Below are positions 58,444 to 64,000 of a stretch of DNA of 64,000 nt, piece after piece. Positions within the stretch are counted from its first letter, which is position 1; every line of letters begins with the position of its first letter. The notes beneath the pieces are model-generated. The model was not told the DNA's origin, searched no databases, and saw only the letters and a list, made by a program, of their open reading frames with translations. Both the position numbers and the translations under genes were made by a program. The stretch comes from a virus (taxonomy: Duplodnaviria > Caudoviricetes), in IMG/VR virus record IMGVR_UViG_3300028833_000101, positions 40,703 through 104,702 of that record; one strand, written 5' to 3'.

Positions 58444-59343
58444 GTGGCAAGTCAAACATTTAACAACTTCAAGAATTACGCAAATCAATTAGAGAAAGAA
58501 CTTGGTATTAAATATGATGCTAAGCCTTATAAAGATACTATCAGGGTTATGCTTGATGGTTTTTGCAAAGCAATGGATGAAGGCGATGAACATCTTAAGA
58601 ACTTATATATCAGTGGTTTAATCTTACGTCATTGGGATAAAGTAAAGAAACTTGCAGATAGTTGCCCTGGCATCGATCTTAAAGGCGAAGAGTTCGTCGA
58701 CTGGGTTTACGAAGCAATTATGCTTGCTTGTGAATATCGTAAATGGCAAAAAGACGAAAGTGTCAATGCTCAACAATGTATCAATCAATGTATTGAAACT
58801 ATCAGGGTTAGACACTACTATGAATATAACTTAGACAAACACAAAGCGAACTACAATACTGTCTCTTTAGAAACCCCTGTTGGCGATGGAGACGATAATG
58901 GTGTTCAAAAAACTTTGATGGATACTATGCATGATGAGAATGCGGAAGAAGCTGCTAGAGTAGCAGAAAGTAATAACGCTGCTCGACACATCGTTCAGAT
59001 GTTTATCAACAAAAACAGAATTGTCGAAGCAATTATCATGGACATCATTGCTTTTGGTGATACTGAAAAAATTACTAAACACATTAAACGTGGCATTGAC
59101 GAAAATGGTGAGGCTTACAAGTATATAACTTACACACGTGAGTTCTGGAAGTTCAAAGCAGTCCAACTTCTTTCAAACTTGCCAGAAGACTACCAACAAT
59201 ACTTCCTTGAAAACTATTTAGTTAATACAGCAGCATTAGATGCAGCTTTAAACGTGCTTAGAAAGGCCAATAACAACAAATTATACCGTGAGTTAGATAA
59301 AAGCCTATCTGCAGCAAAAGTAATCCTACAAGCGTCTATGTGA
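58444..59343 (+). CDS. Putative phage-encoded sigma70-family factor
   Basis: LILRHWDKVKKLA...EEFVDWVYEAIMLA (region 2-like); TVSLETPVGDGDD (region 3-like); AAAGGAGG + GTG. Confidence 0.6.
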   Translation: MASQTFNNFKNYANQLEKELGIKYDAKPYKDTIRVMLDGFCKAMDEGDEHLKNLYISGLILRHWDKVKKLADSCPGIDLKGEEFVDWVYEAIMLACEYRKWQKDESVNAQQCINQCIETIRVRHYYEYNLDKHKANYNTVSLETPVGDGDDNGVQKTLMDTMHDENAEEAARVAESNNAARHIVQMFINKNRIVEAIIMDIIAFGDTEKITKHIKRGIDENGEAYKYITYTREFWKFKAVQLLSNLPEDYQQYFLENYLVNTAALDAALNVLRKANNNKLYRELDKSLSAAKVILQASM

Positions 59344-59422
59344 GCTGAAAATAATAATTAAAATAAAACAACCTTCCAAATTGGGAGGTTTTCATGTTGT
59401 ATAATAAAGTGAGGATTTGATT

Positions 59423-60151
59423 ATGTGGTTAGATATAATGAGCCAGTATAATACACTTCAAGTAAATATCAAATTGGCAAATTTACTTGGGTTAGAAGTT
59501 GCTACTTATTGGGCGGCATTGATGGATGTGTATGCGAGAGTAGTGAATAAATATAAAGATGAGTTAGAAGCGAATTCAGGATATTTTGAACTCGACAGAG
59601 ACTATATTACTAAGAGAACGACATTACAGTTAGACAAACAGTTAGAGATCGATGCAGGACTCGGTAAACTTGGTGTGCTACAACATCGTAGCGAAAACGA
59701 ACTGAATTGGATCACACTAGATGTAGAAAAGCTTTGTGCGATCTTAGTAGATGACAGTATCGATGCAATCAGAGATGTTCAACGCGTTTCTAAACTTAGA
59801 CGAGAAGATACCGCTCGTGCCAAGAAAGCATCGGTTAGAATTAACTTAGTCGCAGCACTAAAAGAAACTGATCCAGATGTGCTTACTGCTTACAATAACT
59901 GGATCGATGCACTGTTAGAAGCTAAGAAGCCGATTACTAGACAAGCTTTGGATATATACCAGAATAACTTAAACAATTATACTGATAATAAACAAGCGAA
60001 AATTAAAATTCTTGAGATTGCGACAACAAATGCTTACACTGAATTTGCATGGTCTATGAAGATTTACGAAAAAGATTATCGTGGCAATGGAACATTTATT
60101 GGTGTAAAGCAAAATAGAACTAGCGGAATTGATCCGAATTCAGGTTTTTAG
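59423..60151 (+). CDS. Putative replication initiator/replisome organiser (winged helix N-terminus)
   Basis: VNIKLANLLGLEVATY...GYFELDRDYITKRTTL...Q...L...GVL pattern. Confidence 0.6.
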   Translation: MWLDIMSQYNTLQVNIKLANLLGLEVATYWAALMDVYARVVNKYKDELEANSGYFELDRDYITKRTTLQLDKQLEIDAGLGKLGVLQHRSENELNWITLDVEKLCAILVDDSIDAIRDVQRVSKLRREDTARAKKASVRINLVAALKETDPDVLTAYNNWIDALLEAKKPITRQALDIYQNNLNNYTDNKQAKIKILEIATTNAYTEFAWSMKIYEKDYRGNGTFIGVKQNRTSGIDPNSGF

Positions 60152-60163
60152 GAGAAATTTAGT

Positions 60164-60457
60164 ATGAATGAATTTATAGCAAGACGATCATTAGAAGAAG
60201 ATGCACTTCTAGAATATATTTCGAAAGCAAGAGTGCTAGATGATCTGTATCATCGAACAGGTGAGTTAGAAGAAACTATTGAAGCGATGGATAAAAACAT
60301 CGACGATGTTGAGGAAACTGGTTTAGATGAAATTGTAGAAGCGATGTGCAAAGCTCGCAATGCACTAAATTTAGAAAGACTTGACCTCGAAATTCAAATT
60401 CACAAGTTAGAACTTTGGTTGGCAGAATTTGAAAGGATAAGACAAATAACCCGATAA
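60164..60457 (+). CDS. Coiled-coil hypothetical protein
   Basis: AGGAG RBS. Confidence 0.7.
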   Translation: MNEFIARRSLEEDALLEYISKARVLDDLYHRTGELEETIEAMDKNIDDVEETGLDEIVEAMCKARNALNLERLDLEIQIHKLELWLAEFERIRQITR

Positions 60458-60499
60458 ATTCGGGTTTTTATTTACGAATTTAGTGTGGTTAGCGGAGCA

Positions 60500-60790
60500 G
60501 TCTAGCGTGATGATCAGGTAACTGATCTGTAACATGTGACTGTAACTTGTACGATGATCTGTAACTGATCTGTAAAATTTGTACGGTCTAGTGAAATCCG
60601 CACCGGCATCCTGACACACTAAACAGATGAATCAGGATACTGATCAGGCTTTCTAGTGCGATGTACAGTAACAGATACAGTAACCAGTGCGATGTATAGT
60701 GACAGACAGTAACGATACAGTACTGTGTAACTGGATTTAGATTCACTAGAACTTGAAAACAGGTTGATTTCGTGCATGTGTATGTGCGTT
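60500..60790. repeat. Short degenerate tandem repeats (tgatctgtaac / gatacagtaac)
   Basis: tgatctgtaa x3, then the complementary-sense acagtaac x4. Confidence 0.65.
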
Positions 60791-60866
60791 TCTTTTTAAT
60801 TAAAAAAAGTATTTACAAATCTTTAGTATTGTGATATAATATATATAGAGAGTGAGGAAAGTTATT

Positions 60867-61070
60867 ATGAAACCTATGACAGTTAAAAGATTAAAAGAAC
60901 TTTGTGAAGAACAAATTAAAAAAGGTAATGGAGATAAGATTGTTGTCCTAAGTAATGACGATGAAGGTAATGGTTATCACGAATGTTATTACGAGTTTAC
61001 CGAAGACGTTGCTGGTAATGATTTATGGGGAAGTATTGAAAACCCACAAAGTAAAATAATTCTTGGTTAG
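60867..61070 (+). CDS. Early hypothetical protein (SNDDEGNGY motif)
   Basis: Promoter plus RBS. Confidence 0.7.
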   Translation: MKPMTVKRLKELCEEQIKKGNGDKIVVLSNDDEGNGYHECYYEFTEDVAGNDLWGSIENPQSKIILG

Positions 61071-61082
61071 GAGGAACTAATA

Positions 61083-61286
61083 ATGACAAGAGAAGAAAAA
61101 TATAAGTTAATCGAATTACTCGAAAAACTTAGAGACGAAAGAATCTTAGAAGTTGCGAAAGACTACGACTTAACCGAAAGAGAAGTCCGTGAAAAGTTAT
61201 GTAGAGAACCTGAAGAAGTCTATGAGATGGATGATGGTGATAACTTACTTAACGGTATTGACATTGTGTTAGGTGTCTTAGAATAA
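61083..61286 (+). CDS. Early hypothetical protein
   Basis: AGGAGG RBS. Confidence 0.7.
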   Translation: MTREEKYKLIELLEKLRDERILEVAKDYDLTEREVREKLCREPEEVYEMDDGDNLLNGIDIVLGVLE

Positions 61287-61372
61287 AAAAGTTTAAAGTA
61301 GACGTAAAAAAACGTTTACTTTTTCTTTTAAACGTGATATAATATTTATAGAATAAAGAGAGGTAAAAAACA

Positions 61373-61825
61373 ATGCAAGGACCAAAAGAAAAATATAATG
61401 CTGAAAAAGTATTAGAAAGATTAGAAGCAATGATTGAAAGAGGTTGCTCAAGAGAGATTAGACAAGTCTATGATGAACTATCAATCTTCGACTGGTGGCC
61501 AGAAAGATTAACTATCACTCACATGAAACAAATGAGATCCTTCTTGAGAGAAGCAATCAAGTTAGGTTATACTGGTTATGTTTGCTTTAAAGTCGGTGCT
61601 TCTGGTTGCGCTAATGGAATGTGGGCACACAAAGAAGAAGGTAAGGTAGAAGGTAAAGACGTCTACTCACCAGATGGCGATGCTATCTACAGAAGTTTTA
61701 CACCTGATTATACTTATTGGTCATTCAATAAGAACGGTAAGTGGCTTCCAGATGGTGATACTCGTGGAACATATGACTCACTCAAAACTGCAAAGATGCT
61801 TGAAGAAGCACTTGCAAATGCCTAA
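61373..61825 (+). CDS. Early hypothetical protein
   Basis: Promoter plus RBS. Confidence 0.75.
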   Translation: MQGPKEKYNAEKVLERLEAMIERGCSREIRQVYDELSIFDWWPERLTITHMKQMRSFLREAIKLGYTGYVCFKVGASGCANGMWAHKEEGKVEGKDVYSPDGDAIYRSFTPDYTYWSFNKNGKWLPDGDTRGTYDSLKTAKMLEEALANA

Positions 61826-61903
61826 ATAAAAAAACTAAAAAGAGGTAAAAAACTATTTACTTCTTTTTTATTTTGTGGTATAATATATGTAGAGGATGAG
61901 GAT

Positions 61904-62056
61904 ATGAGATACAACGTTAAAATTAAATTAAATAAAGATACTATCTACGAAGTTGAAGTTGAAGCTGATAATGAAAAAGATGCAATGTGCTTCGCTTATG
62001 ATCAAATGGAAATGGATACTTACGCAGAACCAACTATGATTACGGAGGCTAAATAA
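61904..62056 (+). CDS. Small early protein (VEVEADNEKDA motif)
   Basis: Promoter plus GAGG RBS; 50 aa. Confidence 0.55.
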   Translation: MRYNVKIKLNKDTIYEVEVEADNEKDAMCFAYDQMEMDTYAEPTMITEAK

Positions 62057-62057
62057 A

Positions 62058-62378
62058 ATGAAAGCAAAAAACTATAATCAAGTATTGAGAGCTCGTGGTT
62101 ATAAAGCGAGAGAGCTTAGCGAGTATGAAGGAATTTGTATTTACGAGAAAGTTCATAAGTTTAACAAGATAGTTTGCTATGTTAAAAAAGACTCACATGG
62201 CAAAGGTCAAGAAATGACTTTCAATATCTATGGAACTATGACTACACCAAAAGATATGGTTGAGTTCAAAGAGCAAGAGTTTGATAGAAGTTATCTTGCT
62301 AAAGAAGCAAATGCAATTCACGATGCTTTTGAAAAACTAAAAGAATTAAAAGCCCCTAAACATTTATATTGTTTCTAA
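62058..62378 (+). CDS. Early hypothetical protein
   Basis: GGAGG RBS. Confidence 0.7.
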   Translation: MKAKNYNQVLRARGYKARELSEYEGICIYEKVHKFNKIVCYVKKDSHGKGQEMTFNIYGTMTTPKDMVEFKEQEFDRSYLAKEANAIHDAFEKLKELKAPKHLYCF

Positions 62379-62447
62379 AAAATTACATTAGCCCATTTAC
62401 AAAGTGGGCTTTTTGTGTTATAATATATATGTAAAGAGGATAAGAAT

Positions 62448-62744
62448 ATGAACTATAAAATTAAACAAATTAAAGACTTAGAAAATTGTGACTATGCTTT
62501 CGAGCACTACGATTGGTGCAAAGATAAGATCAACTTGAACGACTATGAAGTTGTATATGAAGGCACAGTATCAGAAGAAAATGCTTCTAAAGGCGATAAC
62601 TATGCTCTTGAAATGTTGTTCACAAAGTTCAATATTGCTCATCCAGAAGACTATAGAGGACACAGCTTATCAGTTTCTGATATTGTAGAACTTGATGGCA
62701 AGAACTACTACTGCGATGCATTTGGCTGGGTCGAATTAAAATAA
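62448..62744 (+). CDS. YodL-like domain protein
   Basis: DYEVVYEG...LEMLFTKFNIAHPEDYRGHSLSVSDIV...YYCDAFGW. Confidence 0.85.
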   Translation: MNYKIKQIKDLENCDYAFEHYDWCKDKINLNDYEVVYEGTVSEENASKGDNYALEMLFTKFNIAHPEDYRGHSLSVSDIVELDGKNYYCDAFGWVELK

Positions 62745-62814
62745 AAAAAGTATTTACAAATTAAATAAATAGTGTTATAATATAAATGTAAAGAATAAGA
62801 GGTAAATATATTAT

Positions 62815-63093
62815 ATGTCTAAAATTGTTAATCTTACAAAAGTTCAAGGTTGTTATTCAAAAGAATTAAGAGAAGCAACTTATGGAATTAAGTTATGCTT
62901 AAGAGAACCATCTGTTTCACTTCAAGATATGAAGAATTATGTTGAAGCAGTTATTGACCCAGCAAGTATTGATGCTGAGGCTAAAAAGAGATTTAGAAAA
63001 AACCTAAGCGAATGTAAAACAAAACAAGAAGTTGACCAACTATGTTATGATGCAGTTGTTCACGGAATGTATTATCGTAGAAAAGAAAGTTAA
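62815..63093 (+). CDS. Early hypothetical protein
   Basis: Promoter plus RBS. Confidence 0.7.
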   Translation: MSKIVNLTKVQGCYSKELREATYGIKLCLREPSVSLQDMKNYVEAVIDPASIDAEAKKRFRKNLSECKTKQEVDQLCYDAVVHGMYYRRKES

Positions 63094-63150
63094 TGAAAAC
63101 GGCTTAATTTCGCCGTTTTTTTATTGTATAATATAATGGAGGGTTATATT

Positions 63151-63366
63151 ATGAAACTCGACGAAGGAAAATTAACCTTAACAGAAACTGAACTCGCTGA
63201 AGTTAAAAGAGCAAATATGATGGCAAGTCCAAGTATTGCTGGTCTTTATTTACGCAGTTTTCTTAAAAATAAAAATTTAGTTGAAAATTTAGAAACACAA
63301 CCTGATGTAAACTTTTATACTGAATGTATTCAAGCATACAGAAAAAAGAACTATGAAGTTATTTAG
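63151..63366 (+). CDS. Hypothetical protein
   Basis: GTATAATATAAT promoter plus GGAGG RBS. Confidence 0.65.
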   Translation: MKLDEGKLTLTETELAEVKRANMMASPSIAGLYLRSFLKNKNLVENLETQPDVNFYTECIQAYRKKNYEVI

Positions 63367-63404
63367 TTGGCTAAATTAATTGCATAAAGGCAGGTGAGAA
63401 TAGA

Positions 63405-63593
63405 TTGGCTTGTAAAGTTAAACTTAGAGAAGACGAAACGACCGATGCTTTATTGGCTAGATTCAAAAGTCTAGTAAAGAAGTCTAACATCTTAGCTGAC
63501 GTTAGAAAGCATGAGTTCTTCTTAAAGAAAAGTTTGAAAAGAAAACGTAAGTCTGAAGAGGCTCGTAAGTTAGCAAGAAGAAAGGGCAGATAA
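63405..63593 (+). CDS. rpsU: Phage-encoded 30S ribosomal protein bS21
   Basis: KVKLREDETTDALLARFK..VKKSNILADVRKHEFFLK.S.KRKRK.EEARK; 62 aa; TTG start. Confidence 0.88.
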   Translation: MACKVKLREDETTDALLARFKSLVKKSNILADVRKHEFFLKKSLKRKRKSEEARKLARRKGR

Positions 63594-63949
63594 ATTTCTG
63601 CTTTTTTATTTACAAATTTTTAGTATATGTTATAATGTGATCATGATGAATTTAGTGCAAGATGAAATTTAGTGCGAAAGCTACAGATCAGAAGCTGCTC
63701 TTCTGCAGCTGCATCGATCTGTATTCTAGTGTGAATCACTACAGATCGTGGATACAGATTCATCTGCGATGTACGATCATGTCTAGTGAATCAGGCTACG
63801 ATGTTGATGAAAACAGTACGATTCCGTGCGCTAGATAGTGAACAAAAACATGATCTGCAAAGTTTTGTTCGCAATTTCATGTAGTAAACTGTTACAAAAA
63901 TTTGCAACAAAACGTTTACATCGAAACACTAATGTGATATAATATAAGT

Positions 63950-64000
63950 ATGGAAGTAAAGATAACTAAACTTAACAACTTACAAATATGGCCAACTGGT
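63950..64000 (+). CDS. Partial early gene (3'-truncated)
   Basis: ATG directly after a sigmaA promoter; open to the window end. Confidence 0.4.
   Translation, partial: MEVKITKLNNLQIWPTG

Noticed and set aside
670-60619. Minus-strand ORFs and short alternative-frame ORFs in the track
   Set aside because: Nearly all overlap well-supported + strand genes, lack RBS/promoters and read as shadow translations.
60500-60790. CRISPR array
   Set aside because: Repeats are about 11 bp, degenerate and adjacent, with no regular unique spacers; no cas genes.

Overview
A 64-kb segment of a large, AT-rich, lytic myovirus-like phage, probably infecting a Bacillota host, with essentially all genes on the + strand. 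The supplied ORF track is fragmented because many genes use TGA as Trp (genetic code 4). In-frame TGAs fall on family-conserved Trp positions, and reading through them joins the fragments into long genes. Layout: 1-18.4 kb baseplate and tail fibres; 18.8-22.9 kb acidic, probably head-associated proteins; 22.3-23.4 kb small structured RNAs; 23.4-27.3 kb and 42.3-46.8 kb arrays of one uncharacterised ~100-aa paralogous domain (C-terminal LRxAY motif); 27.8-36.7 kb collagen, CBM and BspA-type LRR proteins; 36.7-43.6 kb and 50.5-64 kb mostly short early genes, nearly each with its own sigmaA promoter and terminator and with no in-frame TGA; 46.9-48.3 kb a non-coding, origin-like region with about 15 copies of a 17-bp dyad, next to a SNF2 helicase. 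Three promoter classes are visible, and TGA-Trp usage follows them. The most interesting candidate system is translational takeover: timed UGA recoding, phage bS21, an ArfA/BrfA-like peptide, leaderless mRNAs and several sRNAs that display 16S anti-Shine-Dalgarno sequences. All product calls come from motif recognition by eye; no searches were run.
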